Assembly: GCA_951406725.2 (NCBI GenBank) | Contig: OX597816.1 | Coordinates: forward strand, 132,308,001 to 132,372,000 | Length of the DNA: 64,000 bases | Origin: Octopus vulgaris | Lineage: Eukaryota | Direction of reading: 5' to 3' | In this document: positions 1 through 14,544 of the stretch, piece after piece | Numbering within the stretch: position 1 is the stretch's first letter | Layout of the letters: every line of letters starts with the position of its first letter | Translations under genes and position numbers: made by a program | The notes under the pieces: generated by a model | Database searches by the model: none | Seen by the model: only the letters and a program-made list of their open reading frames with translations | What the model was told of the DNA's origin: nothing

Positions 1-519
1 CCTATCTCCTATCTAGTGTAAACTATGACGTTACTTGTGTTGGTTTCTCTAAAGTTCTTTTGTGACAGGCAGACTAATGAATGATCAGAGTGCAGTTAGT
101 GAATGTTGTGTAGGATTTTACTGAAACCCAGGTGTCTTGTCAGCACACTTTACATATATGTAAAAGTCCTGGAGTCAAAGTTGAGGAGACTAAAGGTCTG
201 TCTTGAAACTAAGTAAACAGCTTTCATAAATAGACATACAGGTGTGTGTTGTGTCTGTGTGAATATAGATAGCATATTCAAATTTGAATATTGTTAAACT
301 TTACCTTTCAAGAATGCCTTTATGCTCAAAATTTTTCATGTGAAAATAGGTCATCATAAGTTTCAATAGTAAGCTACCTCCCACCACCACCAGTTTCCTC
401 CATGTACTGTATATTTCATTTCACTGGTACTTGTGTGACTTTTTATATAAATAATCCATACAAAAGCTTTTTTTTTTATGTTTATTAATTTCTCTTATAA
501 ATATGAAGTAAGAATATTG

Positions 520-731
520 ATTTCACATCTTGGCACAAGGCCAACAAGTTTGGAGTGGGGCTAAGTCAATTACATCTACTCCAGTACTCAACTGGTACTT
601 AATTTATTGACCCCGAAAGGAGGAAAAGCATAGCTGACCCTGGCAGAATTTGAACTCAGAACATAAAGATGAATACAAAGCTGCTAAGCATTTTGCTCAG
701 CATGCTAATGATTCTGCCAGCTCACTAACTT
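520..731 (-). mobile_element. tRNA-derived SINE with Nin/Deu-type central domain (family A)
   Basis: Minus strand reads GTGAGCTGGCAGAATCATTAGCATGCTG...GAGTTCAAATTCTGCC (B-box-like)...CCTTTCGGGGTCAATAAATTAAGTACCAG...GGCCTTGTGCCAAG. The same motif order recurs more than 15 times in the window. Confidence 0.8.
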
Positions 732-1207
732 AATGTGAGGTAAAAATATTGATTCACCAGTTTAATTTTTGTGAAAGTATATGGTTGATTTATTGGTAAA
801 TTGGCTTTTGAGAACAGTATATTACTGGTATTATCTTGCTGGAAGGCTCTCATAATTTCAAAAAAGTAGTCGTCAGTGATCTGCCAGTACTAATGATAAT
901 ATCCTTTCATCTTTTTTTTTTTAAGAAAATGTAAAATATAAAGGTTTATGGTTGCTAATTAAACCAATTATTATTGACATTTTAATGCAAAGAATACATG
1001 TCAGAATAGCTATTATAGTATTTTTCGTAGCTTGTCGCATCAGTTGTTTTGTCTGGCTTATACCTAGTTCCTAGTTAGCATGGGTAGGATATCTCTGCAA
1101 ATTGAAATAATTTGCACAAATAAATGGGAAAGTTCATTTGGTTGGAAACAACTGCAATCACACACACACACACACACACAGCATACCATAATTACACATA
1201 ATTACAC

Positions 1208-1370
1208 ATAGCTATGTGGTTAGTAAGTTTAGTTCACAACCACATGGTTCAGGTTTAGTTCCGATGTGCAGCACTTTAGGCAAGTCTCTGCTGTAGACTT
1301 GTGTCAATCAATGCTTTATGAGTGGGAATTGTGTAAATGGAATCTAGGTAGATACCAGTTATGTGTGTGT
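1208..1370 (+). mobile_element. tRNA-derived SINE head (family B), degenerate
   Basis: GCTATGTGGTTAGTAAG...CAACCACATGGTTCAGGTTTAGTTCC...TTAGGCAAGTCTCTGCT matches the better copies at 46835 and 42252. Confidence 0.6.
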
Positions 1371-2059
1371 AAATCTTTATTTGACACAAGTAAGAGAAGA
1401 CAATTTAAAATAATGGCGTATGTATTTGTCTGTCTCTGCCTTTTGTTTGCTGGTCAGCACTTCAGTGTCAAATTGTATCTTTTTCTATTAACAAGGTATC
1501 TTAGCCATTTGATAAATAGAGATCAGCCAAATATGTACTGCACTGAGGTCAATATGCTTGACTGAAAACCTTGATAGCAGCTGTGATAGACAAGAAATCC
1601 GCATCTAATATATATATTTTTTATACATATGATTTTAGTTTTTAAAATTAAATTTTACTGAAGATTTTAAAAGGACATTAGAAACTCTCTCAAAATTATA
1701 GGTCATACTTTACAATTTCCATTTGGAGAACTTTGTAACCAGAGTTGCTGTAACTCAAGTCTAATCTGTATATTAGATTTGTTTCAGATATAATTATTTT
1801 TTGGATTTTCAAGTTCAGTCTGAAAATGCTGTTTAGACTTCACTTTCACTAACTATTTGTATTGTTTTGCTATTTTCAGTAACCATTGCAAATTGCCATG
1901 ATAAGTTGTTGGAACTTGGCCAAAGGAGCAGATTTAGTTTTGCTTGCTGCTACCTATTATCATTATTCTTCCAAAAGAATGGTGTGTCTTATTAGAAATC
2001 ATCATCACCATCATCATCATCCCTGCTGCTAGAAATTAGGGTTGCAGATTGAGAGAATA

Positions 2060-2730
2060 GTGAGGTATTTAATTGCAGTTCTTTCCAGTCTGAGTTCAAA
2101 TTTTGCTTAGGCCAGTTTGATATTTAATCCCCCAAGAATTGATAAATAGTACCAGTCAGTCATGTACTGGTTTCAGTGCACTTGACTATTTCCTCTCCCT
2201 TAAATTTCAGGCCTTGTGCCTATGTTAGGAAATCATTAGAGTATCAGATAAAATGCCTTGCAATCTTCATTCTAGCTCTTTACATTCTGAATACAAATTC
2301 TGCCAAGATCAACCACCTGGACTCAATAAAATAAATTATCAGCGGAAAAAGATTTTATCGATTAACCTACTACTTTGTGGCCCTGTGCCTATGTTAGGAA
2401 CAATTATTGTTGTTATTTAAACCTGTGGTTTGATTTCAGTAGGCAGTTGGAACTATTTCAGTTTTTCCATGGTGGATGCATGAAAGCCCTCACCTTCCTG
2501 TTATCATCGTAATAACATAAACTCATCCTTTTTGAGAGCGAATAAATAAGGCTGAGACAGTATAGCATGAAACTAAAAGCATCACTAATTAGACTCAATC
2601 TTCAGTTCTGTATTTAAAGTTTGACTTTGCACAGTCAAAAGATGAATAAAGCAATCTCCCCTCTGCCACTGTTTCCTTTACCATAAAAAAAAAAAAAAAA
2701 TATTGGCTTTGTGCCTTATCATAAAAAATC
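2060..2730 (+). mobile_element. Cluster of three degenerate family A SINE copies
   Basis: Repeated TCTGAGTTCAAAT...GATAAATAGTACCAG...GGCCTTGTGCCTATGTTAGGAA modules ending at about 2235, 2405 and 2730. Confidence 0.6.
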
Positions 2731-4349
2731 ATTTATTTATTTAATTTGCTATTCTTAAACACCAAATTAATCTTGAATGCCCCCATACTCCTTCCTTCAA
2801 TCCCCCTACCCTTTGACACCACTACTAAATATGTATGAGTCATATTCACTGTTAATTGTAGTCATAGTTATGTATGGAGTGTGTAGCATGGCTATCTTTG
2901 TTGGTTTTTAATGTTGTTAGTGTTTGTAATCTCTGCAAGGATTCATATGAATCCACTTACTATTTCATTGTCTTGTATAAAGCTCAATATCTATCTATCC
3001 TACTCAAAACTCTGATTTTTCTTTGGATTTCCAATAGCTTCAAAATATAAGTTTGAATTTATCTGTGCATTTATTTATTTATTGGCAATTTATTTATTTA
3101 TTTGTTCATTGAATCCCTCCTAATTATAATTTTTTGTTATTGCTGGTGAATGGCTAAGTTGGTAGTGTGTTGCAGTAATTTTATGACTATATTTCCTATG
3201 AAATACTTTTTTTTTATTTCTGGTTGTTTGTCTTTTTTTTTTTTAATTAATTTTGAAAATAACAAATTGGGGTAGAGGGAGCATTTAGTTATGTATCTCA
3301 AAAGACTGATATTTCATAAAATTATAATGAAAGGTTTTAAAATTAAATATGAATTCTTTAAAACAAGCAGTTCTGTATGAAGGAAGCAAACATGATTTCA
3401 GGCAAGTTTGGTATCAAAAGGATTAAATATTTTGAGGTATTTAGTTATGTACCTCTAGGTTATAGGTTCAAATCCTGCCAAGTTGTCAATCCCATTTGTT
3501 GGGATAGGTGTAATTAACTATATATCCTTATATGTTACTTCAATTATGTTTTGTTTTATTTTTACCATGACTATTATTCATGATGGAATCTCCCACTTCC
3601 TATTTACATCATCTAGATGCTTCAAGTCTATCCGGAAAACAGCAAGTGGCACATACATTGTTTTATTTTTATTTTCATTTTATTCTTGGAAGTGCCTACA
3701 TTCTATTTTAATCTGTGAATATAGTTTCCATTTTAAACATTTCATACAGTTATAAAGAAAAAATGGGTTAGATTATTAACCAAAGGCTGGTTTTTAAAGT
3801 TTTCTAAACAAATCAATTTTTTTTTTCCTGATGATACATTTTTAAACTCTGAAAAAGTAACAATTTGAAAGAGCAAAACCAAGATATAGAGGTTCTCCCA
3901 CTGCTGGTAATCTTTTTTAATTGTTATAAAAATGATGTCATAGTATGATGGACAGTATGACAGTATGTTACCATGGTTAAACCAGAGAGAGTATATGTTT
4001 ATTCTTAGTCATTGTTGGAAGCTTCTAGTTATTGACTACAGTGATTATGTTGTTTAGTTGTAATACTGTTTGAACTATATCATACCAATCTTGTCTTCAA
4101 ATTCCACCAACCAAATCTTTTGGAAATGATTTGTTTTCATAACTCAGGTCCATATACAGAAATCAACAGCTGGCATTCAGCTCTATGGTAAAGTACCTAT
4201 TTTCCATTATCATCTACTAAAAGAGTCCCAAAATAAAAGCTTGGGGTGTGTAAGAATGAAATGCCATTTGGATACAAGTTTTCGTAAATTATTCTATAAC
4301 AACTTGATTAGAGCCCCACTTTCTAGGCATTTTGTTTTAGAAATGTTGG

Positions 4350-4505
4350 TGTTGGTTTTTAGCTGCAGGTCAACCTTTATCCAGTAGATCTATGATCAGA
4401 GGCATTCATGTTCTGATCATCTCATATTATGTTCATATATTTTTTAAGAGTTGAAGTGTGATTTGAAAGAGATTTAACTTCTATTTCTTGCAGGTTTGAG
4501 CAGGA
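4350..4505 (+). repeat. Old interspersed repeat family C (other copies about 6965-7285 -, 10205-10290 +, 31960-32125 -, 32228-32385 +, 45760-45960 +, 57470-57600 +, 62320-62520 -)
   Basis: Shared core CAGGTCAxCCCTGAT...CAGACCTATGATCAAAGGCATTCCA...GTGTGATTTGAxxGAGATTTxGCTxxTATTTCTAGCAxG is visible in each copy. Confidence 0.65.
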
Positions 4506-4938
4506 ACTTCAACATGTATAGCTTATATAAGTTATAGATATTGATGTATGATTGAAGTTGAATGAGTTTCTGCAGCAATTCTTTAGCTTCTTTAACCCTC
4601 AGTCAGCTGCTAATGTAGCAGTTCATTACCAAACACAGTATTCAAAGCATATTGTTTATATCAGACTACATTCATCAACTCTAAACTTATTATAAATATC
4701 TTTATCACTTGCAAACATAATCATAGTTGTTTTGTGTATCTGAACATGTAAGGCACTCTGTGTTTTGTGCTTGAGATGTTCTCTTGATGTTGCACTGTAA
4801 GGTTAATATAAATGGCGACCTGAGGAATTTCCGATGATTTTTTTTTTTTTTAATATAAGATGGATAAATATATAAACTTTCCTCATCTAAAAGAAAAACA
4901 TTAGGATTATAAAACTTAATACTGAAATATAAGTAAAT

Positions 4939-4974
<36 letters not shown>

Positions 4975-6414
4975 TATATATATATTTCCAGTGTATATAT
5001 GCACATACAAGTACACTAGGCTTAGTTTCTTTTCAAAAATTCTTTGCCTTTTAATTCTGTATCATAAAGTTCTACTAGAAATTAAACCTCTTACTGCTTA
5101 CTATATAGCACAAGTTTTTTTTGTTTTTTTATGCTATGCAGAAAACAAAACTTGTTGCAAAATGTAGGCAACTCCTCTTTAAAAATAAAAGTAAAATAAT
5201 CAACTTTTTTATTACTTTTCCTTGTGAAATTATTCAAAAGGTCACCTGCATATACTTCTAATTGTTGCTGTTGTTATTAGAATGAGTTTCAGAAATAGTA
5301 GGGTGTTAGATAGAATGGGGGTGGGGAGGGAGCTTGTATTCCCTGTACATTCTGAGTTCAATTTCCACAAGGTATGACTGGATGATTTAATCGATTGCCT
5401 CTCCCCCTCCTCCTCACTAAAATCTGTGGCCTTCTGCCAAAGTTAGAAACCATTTATATCATTGTTGCTGATGTTGTTGACAATAGAAGGAATAGTAGCA
5501 CATTGGTCTAAATCACTAAGGTCAACTTAGCTTTTAGTCTGTCTGTGGTTGATTATAGAAGCACCTGTTGTGTACTGGATAAATTCTATTGACTTTACCT
5601 ATAAACTACATATTTATGGCCATGTGCTGATAATTGAAATCATTATTATGGATTTCTGAGATACAATTCTAGACATTTTTATGCTGACAATAATTGATTA
5701 AATCAATTCCAATACTTGAGAGGTACTTATTTCATTGCCCCTGGAAGGATGAACGGCATAGTTAGCCGAATTTGAACTAAGAATGTAAATGTGAACAATT
5801 GAATACAGACTGCCATCTACCAATCATACCAAACCAATGGATTTAGCAGGAATTGGTTATTGAATTAAATACTGTAGATTATATGATTTAATGTTACATA
5901 CTCTTTAACTAGTTTCTGCTCAGAAGCTGCAGCCATGCTAGGGCACCACCACATACTCAAAGTTTCAAATTCTTTCAGAAGTGATTTTATCTCTCCTGTC
6001 TTTAGAGTAATTTAAATAAGTAGCATTATATTACTTCCGAGTTCAAATTCTACTGAGGTTGGCTGATAAAATAAACAGTACTCAAATACTGAGGTCAGTA
6101 TTATAATCGATTTTTCGCTTCATTAAAAATGTATGGTGTTTAGCTTTGGTTAGACATTAATGCAGAGTAATTTGCAATCTTTTATTCTGAGAACACCCAA
6201 ATTTTTTAAGTGAGGGAAATGCCACAAATGGAAAATTCCAGAAAGCATTTGAAAGATTCATGTGTGATGTACAGCTGTTGCAATCCTTATGTTGTGCTCT
6301 CAGATGTTGGGAGTGACTAAACCTGCCCTTGTATCATTACCTGTACTAGTATGTGTGCTCATAATTACTTAAAATTTTTATAAATCTAATGTATAGCACA
6401 TAACATTTATATAA

Positions 6415-6532
6415 TACAAAAGTTATCCCATTTTATAGATGCAAATATACATCAACATTCCAAAATCTCGAAAAATCTGAAATCCAAAATACTTCTAGTC
6501 TTGAACATTTCAGTTAAATGATTATCTACTAT
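6415..6532 (+). mobile_element. Tigger/pogo-like (MER46-like) DNA transposon right-end remnant
   Basis: CCAAAATCTCGAAAAATCTGAAATCCAAAATACTTCTAGTCTTGAACATTTCAG resembles the recalled Tigger4/MER46 subterminal sequence. No matching left TIR was found. Confidence 0.4.
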
Positions 6533-9500
6533 AAACAAAGTTAAAAACAGAGATCAATACATTTAGTTATAACTCCATGCATACATACAATTTAAAAATA
6601 CTTTTTCAGCCCTTCAACATATGTTGGAAAATATCCTATTACTGAATTTCAGTCACTGGAGCTAGAGAAAAGGCCTCAGCTTCTTTGAAGAGATATCTAT
6701 ATCACAGGCATGAATGTCACCTATTGTTGTTTCCTCTCTTTTACAAGTCTCTGACTTAAGTAAGACAACAGTTAATTTATGTGAAAATGGATATCTGATC
6801 TAGTACAGCAATGTTGTAAGTTAGACTTATTATTCCAGCTGTTACAATGTGACACACCAGGAAATTTTATGTGTGATTAATTGGATTATTGATAGCAATG
6901 ATAATGGAGACAATTATTTAAAGTTACATCTTACATCAATTAAAATCATACGTATATTGAGCTGACTAGGAAAGCTTCTACACAATTACTCTACTTATTG
7001 GAAATAGCCAAATCTCTCTGCAAACCCTACTGTCTTAAAAATGGAAATACACATTAGACAATATATATGATATACATATACAATTTTGTCATAACTGGGA
7101 CAATTTTCATCATAGATCTATCTGTTTGAATGGGGGACAGCCTGGGTTTAGTGTAGTCACACACTCTGTATGAAATAGTAGCTAAATCTCTTATATCACA
7201 CTCTGCCTCCTTAAACTTAAAAGGACACATTGTATAAATGCATAAAATATTGATGTGGCCATAGCTGACCTGGTGCTAAACAAGAAGTATATGTTAATAC
7301 ATCCTCCTGTAGAGCTAAAGAAGCTCATTGGCTAAGCTATTGGATTACCATCTCAGGAGAAGGAATTCATATTTTCTATTAGAAATTTTTGTCTCTAAAA
7401 AGAGACAATTTTATGGGCCTCTCAGTTTGCCTATTTCTGCAGTATCAGATTTAACGAAAATGTTACATGGATATTTGTATAAATAAAAACCCTTTTTAAG
7501 CTGGTTTATTATTACAGAGATAGATATGTTTATCAGTTTGTTTCAAATGTTTTCTTGCATTCATATACATGCATTATAGGTAACAAATATGAGATATTAA
7601 TGTCAGATAATGCTGACAGAAGCACTCCCTTCAGACACCATCTGAAAGCTGTCACCCTTTTACATACATGGCCTTGAGGAATGAGCAGAAGATATTGGTT
7701 TTTATGTTGATGCCTTAAAGACTAATTGCGTTTGTTATGATGCAGAGGGTTCAATATGTCCAATAAAGCAAAACCCTATAAAATCTGTAGACTCCTTTGT
7801 ATATTTAGGTATTAACATTGCATCCATAGAACTGGGAGTAAAGACACAGACTATTCTTAATAGCCTCATGTGAAAGTCATAGCTGCTTGAGATCTTAAGA
7901 GAAGTTTTTATGTCACTGTAGAATCACTGCTATTCTACAGGTTTCATGTTTGGACACTCACCAAGCATTAGGCTGCAAAGCTTGGTGGTGCTTACACTCG
8001 TGTGTTATGTTCCATTCTGAATATCCCATGGAAAAGCATCCACCCAAACAAAGACCATATACCAATCTTCTTAGTCACTGATCTTTCTCTCTTTCTCTTG
8101 TGTGTGTAAATAGATAGATAGATTTATATATCTAGCATAAGAGAACTGAAACTTATATTGTGTTTATCTTCTATCATGATATCTTTGTGGTTTTATATAT
8201 ATATACTATACACACACAAAAGTATGTTTGTATGTGTATATAAATGCCCCTATTTATAAAAACAAGTATCTTATATTTGGAAATAATTTCTTATCTGTTA
8301 GTTATATTCCTCATCAATTACGTACATACACACACATGCATGCTCATGTGTGCGTGTAGACATACATACAGACAAGAAAGTATTAAAAATAAAAACAAAA
8401 AAAATAAAACACTTCTAAACCACCCTTCTAGACATACAGCACTACCATTGTAAAAAGGCAGCAATGTATAACCATTCTTTCTAGATTCCTCTTATGTGTC
8501 TAGCATGGAGTCTATCTTCCTCAGGCTAATATTAAAAATTAAAAAATAAATACTGTTAGTAGTTTAAAGAATTTATATATGAAGACTTTTCTCTGGTTGT
8601 GAGAACAAAACTTTATTTTTTTTAATGTTCCATGAAATTGCTACTACACAAGAACTAAGTGCTTTTTCAGTTTTATCTCCTGGAAGCTCATAATATGAGG
8701 AATAGAAGCAGTGTGGGGTGAAGAGAGTTTGGCAGGGAAATTATAGCATTTTTAAAATCATTTAAATTTCAAAATTCTGTTCTGTTAATTATTTTTTTGG
8801 CTCTTGCTTTATTTATGTATACAACCGTAAACGATAGCAGGGTAAAACCTATATCCAAGACTTCTCTGTCTCACTCTTGCTTATTCATTCTCTCTCTTTT
8901 TCTCTCATTCTCATACATGTACACACACACATACACACACTCCTTCTTTCCCTCTCTTTTCTCTCTTTTACATGCACACACTATTTCTTTCTCTCTCAAT
9001 CTCACACATACTATCATAATATCATAACACACATAATATCATACACATACTTTCTCATGCACACTGCCAACATGCATACATATGCTTGCATACACATACA
9101 CATTTACACTCCATGCTTACTTACTCATGCATACACATGTACATGATTACTCATACATGCACACACACACACATTGATGCACATGTACAAACACACACAC
9201 ACACAAATCAAACAAAGCTTTATAAAGTCAGACTGTTCTGACTGTCTGTAGTGTTGTCTCTCTTATGTATGTTTTTTTATTCTTGCTGTCACAGAGCTAG
9301 AAGCACCAAAAATAAATCTAGAAAGAATAGCTAGGACACATTACACAATGTAGTTCTGGATACACTATGTCTGAACAAGAGATGTGTTGGTCATGGAAAG
9401 AATGCCTTTGATTGTCAGAACCAGCGTGTGGTTAAATTCCACCATCACTGTGTGTGTGTGTGTGTGCTTGATAAGTGCCAATGCACAAAACTCTCGGGCC

Positions 9501-9589
9501 TTGAGTCACTCTGTTACTTCTGCTAAATATTAATAAAAAATGTATACATATACTCATATTCTAAGTTCTATTTTTCCCTGTTTGCATCA

Positions 9590-9630
9590 ACATATCCATG
9601 TATGTATGTATGTATGTATGTGTGTGTGTT

Positions 9631-9728
<98 letters not shown>

Positions 9729-10095
9729 GGCATATGTGTATTATATATATATGTGTGTATATATAGGATATGTGTTTATATATATGATGCATGTATATGT
9801 GTGTGTGTGTGTGTGTGTGTAGGCATATGTGTATTATATATATATGTGTGTGTGTATATATATGTGTGTGTGTGTATATATATATATGTGTGTATATATA
9901 TTTGTATATGTATATATATATGTATATATATGTGTGTGTGTGGGTCTATATATATATGTATATATGTGTGTGTGTGTATACACACACACACATGCAAATG
10001 CACATTCACACAAACATGTGTATGTGGTTGAATTTACAAATAGGAAGAAAAGTACTCATTGCATATGAATATATATATATATAGAGAGAGAGTAT
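9590..10095. repeat. Compound (TG)n/(TA)n/(GTAT)n microsatellite block of about 500 bp
   Basis: About 80 nt of pure (TG)n at 9637-9719 plus mixed TG/TA tracts. It explains the VCVC/HTHT ORFs at 9540-10084. Confidence 0.97.
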
Positions 10096-13000
10096 ACTTA
10101 TATTTATACAACAGACTTCTTCAAAACACTTCTTTGACAGATTTAATTTATTTTTTATTTAATTCAGTTCTGAAATATATATATCTGTACTTAATGTGAA
10201 TTGCTATTGCTTAATCCCAGGTCAGCACTGATTGGGTGGCTCTACACATGATTAAAGGCATTCCAGCTGTGACCATCCCATCTTTTTTCTTATATCCAGA
10301 AAATCCATGACCACAGTGTCTAACATGTCCTTTTCCCAGACAATAGGGTGGGATTTTGTTGGGTGATTTGACTGCTGGTACTGCAAGCAGCCATCAGGGC
10401 TGATTTACACTCTGTCTCTCTAACATCAGTAGAGCATCTCTGTTCTTTCTTTATAGGAGAGAAAGCAGTATTCATTTCTATATGAGCTATTAACATAGGC
10501 ATGCATGCATACTCACTAACTCGCACACGTCATGTCCTACATATACACCTCAATATAATGTGTATGCTAACAAGGAATTTCACATACATAGAATATACTG
10601 TGTACACACACACGTGCACGCACACACACAGACACACACTCGTGCATACAAATTCCACTAGCTGTTTCTCACAGGCACTTAAAAGAATTTGCATGCATGC
10701 ATACACACACGCAGTAGTTATTAGTGTAGTTATTAAAGACAGTATGTGAGAGAGAGAGAATTACGAGGAGGAGGTGTATGATAAAGGGTAGGTTAGTCAG
10801 TGCTTGCTTTTCAATCTCTCCATATAGTTATAGACCTGTCAGCACTACTGGGCTCTTTTTATGTAGCAGTTTTTGTCTATCACTCTCTATACCTATTATC
10901 TCTCTTCCTGGCAAATATATATATATATATACACACACACATATATATATATATAGGTTATTTTTCTTTGGAGTCTCTATCAATATTATCTTGTACACAT
11001 GGCTACTATATTAAGATATATTAATATTAATGGACAGGTGAGAACAACAACTTGTTTGTAATTTCTACTCAACAACACCCTGTAGCCTCATGCTGACAGA
11101 GCTGATACTATATTAACTTTCTTTCTTAATTTGTTAAATTCCATTCTTTATTCTGGATCAACTGTTAATTCATTAATTTTCTCTGATCTGACTATCTATT
11201 TTGCTGTTTTTGTCATGTTTTTTTTCTTTTTAAATTCTGCTCTACTTTTCCTTTCATTATTATTTACACGTCCTCCTCTCCCATTCTTTTTCCATATTTC
11301 AGTACATTTTTACCAATGGATCTTCAGTTAGGATTTTTTTTTTTTGCCTGTTGGTGCACAGATGCTTTTATCAAACCATGTAACAAAACTGCAACACCCT
11401 ACCATCAGTCTTTATTTATTTATTTATTTATTTTTATGAAGCACCATGCAAGTAGCGAAATGGTTTTGGTGGGCGCTGCCATTAATAGAGAAACACAAAG
11501 GGGAATGTTGAAATGCAAGTGCTTCTCATACACTGTCTTTTTGCGTCCAATTCATCAGAATAATGAAAGCTAACATGGAAAGAGCATTGATCTTTCATTT
11601 CCATTGTTATCAATCAATCCCCCTTTTTGTAGTCATTGATACGGACTCATTGTACTAATGAATGACTGACTGAATGAACATATATGCATGTGTGTGTGAT
11701 GGGAGTTGCACATGTGGCAAACAAAGAAATCACACACACACACACATGTACTATGAATTTGCAACTCTGAGTAGTCATTTTTATAATACCATATAAATTG
11801 AACCATGTTTCTAATGGAAAAAATGAAAACAACGGCCTTGTAATTCAGGTTTTTGCATTGTATATAAACATGAGGTGATGACTTGCCATCAATAACACGC
11901 ACTCAAACACACACACACACTCACAGGCGCACGCGCAGCAATAAAGTATATACAAATTCCATTATTCAGTATTAAAGGAATCTTGACAGGAATCATCATT
12001 ATACTAATGATTTTTTTTCTCCATTATGAGTCTAATTTTAATTGATTAAACAAATTTTTTTTGTTTGCCAGCTTTCACTTAATGATACACAAGTATTATT
12101 GATATATCCACCAGTAAGACTATGCAAATGCCATTGGTATAGCCAGTAACAATAGAATATGAAGGGGAAAAAAAAAAGGAAAAAAAAAAGGAAAATGTAC
12201 CATTAATATCTAAGCATCTTTGAAATATATTTCTTACTTGAAAAATGTCAAGGTTTTTAAAAATTTCACATTTTTATACTCTTTCAAATTTATAGTTTCT
12301 TCAACTTTCATATATACACAAGTTTATACAAATATCCTAGATACTTCTCTACTATATTTCTAGATTATGTCTGTGTATAATGTGCATCAGTATTGTTTGT
12401 ATGTGTACGCCTTATGCATTTTTGTTCTACATACATTTTACTTCTATACTACTACTTTCTGTTTCCATCTCCCATACTTGAAAGATACCAAATAAACCAT
12501 CTTTTCCATATTAAAATTAATTTGCCTTACTGTAAACTATATCATACATTTATATTTCATTTGAAGTATTATCATCCACCTGAGTGTCTGCTGTCATATT
12601 TGAAACCACAACACTTAGTTCAACTTGTAGCAGCTGTGTTAGCTTCTCCATTTAATGGCTGGTAGTTTTCACTACTGCCAAATATTTAATCAATTTCCTA
12701 CTCTTCCCTGGTGAATGCTCAACAGTTTTAACTGATTCATTTGCAATCCATATTTTCTGCTTACTTGAAAGTGGCTGTCTGTCTATCAGTCATCTCTGTC
12801 TATATCCATATCAGTCTATTTACTTTCCATCATCTCTATCTATATCAATCTCCATACTCTCCATTTTCTTTGTCTCTCTTCCCATTCATTATGTCTTTCT
12901 TCACATTCCTCTGATTTCTCTCTCTCATTTGTCTTTCTCTTCTTCCAATGCTTCTTTCTCCACACTTGTCTCACTACTATCTTGCTTCTCTCCCCCTCTT

Positions 13001-13924
13001 CCTCATTTTCCTCTCCTTTTTATTTCCTCTTTTATATTTTTCTTTCTTTTCAAACTCTTTACTTTTTATTCTTCTACTGGCCATGTTCTTTGATTCTTCC
13101 GTCAATCATTGACCAACCCCTGCAACTCTCACTCAAAGGATATCATTCTTTATTTGATCTGATAAGAAATCTGTAAAATCTGATTGAAGTCCAAATTTTC
13201 ACAATGTTGTACCCTTGGGAGCAAAATTGGTTGCAGCAAATTGCATTCACCTTGTAAATAAACTTTTTTTTTTTTTTCTGTCAGTGTAGTAAATGTACTA
13301 ATTTTGGAAATATGTGGACATTTTACTCTGGAGATTAAATACAGGTACAACAATGATTTCCCCAAATCTTTGGTTCCAGAATCTTTCACTTTAGTCAACA
13401 CACTCTATATTAAACAAATATTAGCTTTACTCAAATAATTTAATAAAATACAAGTATCTGTACATTAGTGTAAATGATACAACTTTATTATACTCCACTG
13501 TACAAGAAACTGTGAAACGGGGCTGCCCAGTAAACAAGTTTGGTGACTGCAGGAGTTTGCAATTGCTGCTCATAAATTAGTGCAGATTATAAAAGGTTCC
13601 AGACCATCAGTGTCTGGAAAGTTGATGTTGTACTCATATGAGAATAGTTGAAAAACCCAACCATCCTCTCAAAAATATATTTATGTGCATTGATTAATTT
13701 TTGATGAGACAATCAATAGAAGAGGGACAGGACAAAGTCAGTGTCATTTTGGTGATTTTTCTCGGCCGGAGAGGTTGCTGTTGTTTGTTAATGTTCAGTT
13801 TGAACATTTGTTGGTAATCAGTATTTTGAAGGTTGAGCAATGCCATCTTGGCTTGAAATACTTCTTACAACTACTACTACTGATGCTGATAATGATGATA
13901 ATGATAATATTTAAGTAAATATGT

Positions 13925-14147
13925 TTAGCCCTTAAGCATTCAGATTAATTACTCTTGTCAAATGTGTTGCTCATTTAGCCATATTGCTTTGAATTAATCA
14001 TGTATTAGCTTGTAGTTTTGAAATTTCAATGATGTGATTGTTTAACTTTAGAATGATCTTATAAGGTATATGTCAGGGTGGATCTGACCAGTTTTAACAT
14101 GAAACAGAATATTTATCTGGATATGACCAGTTTAAATTATAAAGGAC
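13925..14147 (+). mobile_element. piggyBac-like MITE, degenerate copy of the 37890 family
   Basis: TTTAGCCCTTAAGCATTCAGAT...TGCTTTGAATTAATCATG...GGATCTGACCAGTTTTAACATGAAACAGAATATTT aligns by eye with 37890-38103. Confidence 0.7.
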
Positions 14148-14544
14148 CTTGAAATAGAGGCCTAAAAAATGTGGCATCTAAGAACAACTGTACCTGTGAT
14201 CATTGAAGCTTTAGAGGCAGTACTAAAATGTACTCTTAAATACTATGGCCAAATAATAGAAAATTCCAAGGCATCAGAATTACAAAAAATTGTTCACCTG
14301 AGTCTGTCCAGATCCTAAAGACAACATTATCAAATTGAAAATGCCTGGTTTTCTTCAAATGTTTCACAACTGAAATATTACGAATTTAACAGAATCTTAG
14401 TTTTCAGAATATGTTCCCTTTTCCCTGCATTATGTCGTTGCTGATAACACCCATAGTAAAACATCCAGCTTGCTGTAACTTGAGGTCTGTGGGTGAGACT
14501 TGGCGGAGTTCATATAAAACAAAGCAACAATAATGTAAATAATA

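Noticed and set aside
60-215. Possible 5' exon (GACAG| acceptor, short ATG...TGA ORF, GTAAAC donor)
   Set aside because: Signals are weak, the ORF is only 15 codons, and it cannot be told from chance without transcripts.
7600-7930. Possible LINE endonuclease C-terminal remnant
   Set aside because: Similarity is limited to a few residues (ILREVF) and is not supportable.
9540-10084. Longest ORFs in the track (for example 163 aa VCVC/HTHT/YIYI) and similar ones at about 20516, 25078, 48335 and 55003-56172
   Set aside because: They are translations of dinucleotide microsatellites or CA-rich low-complexity DNA with no domain or splice support.
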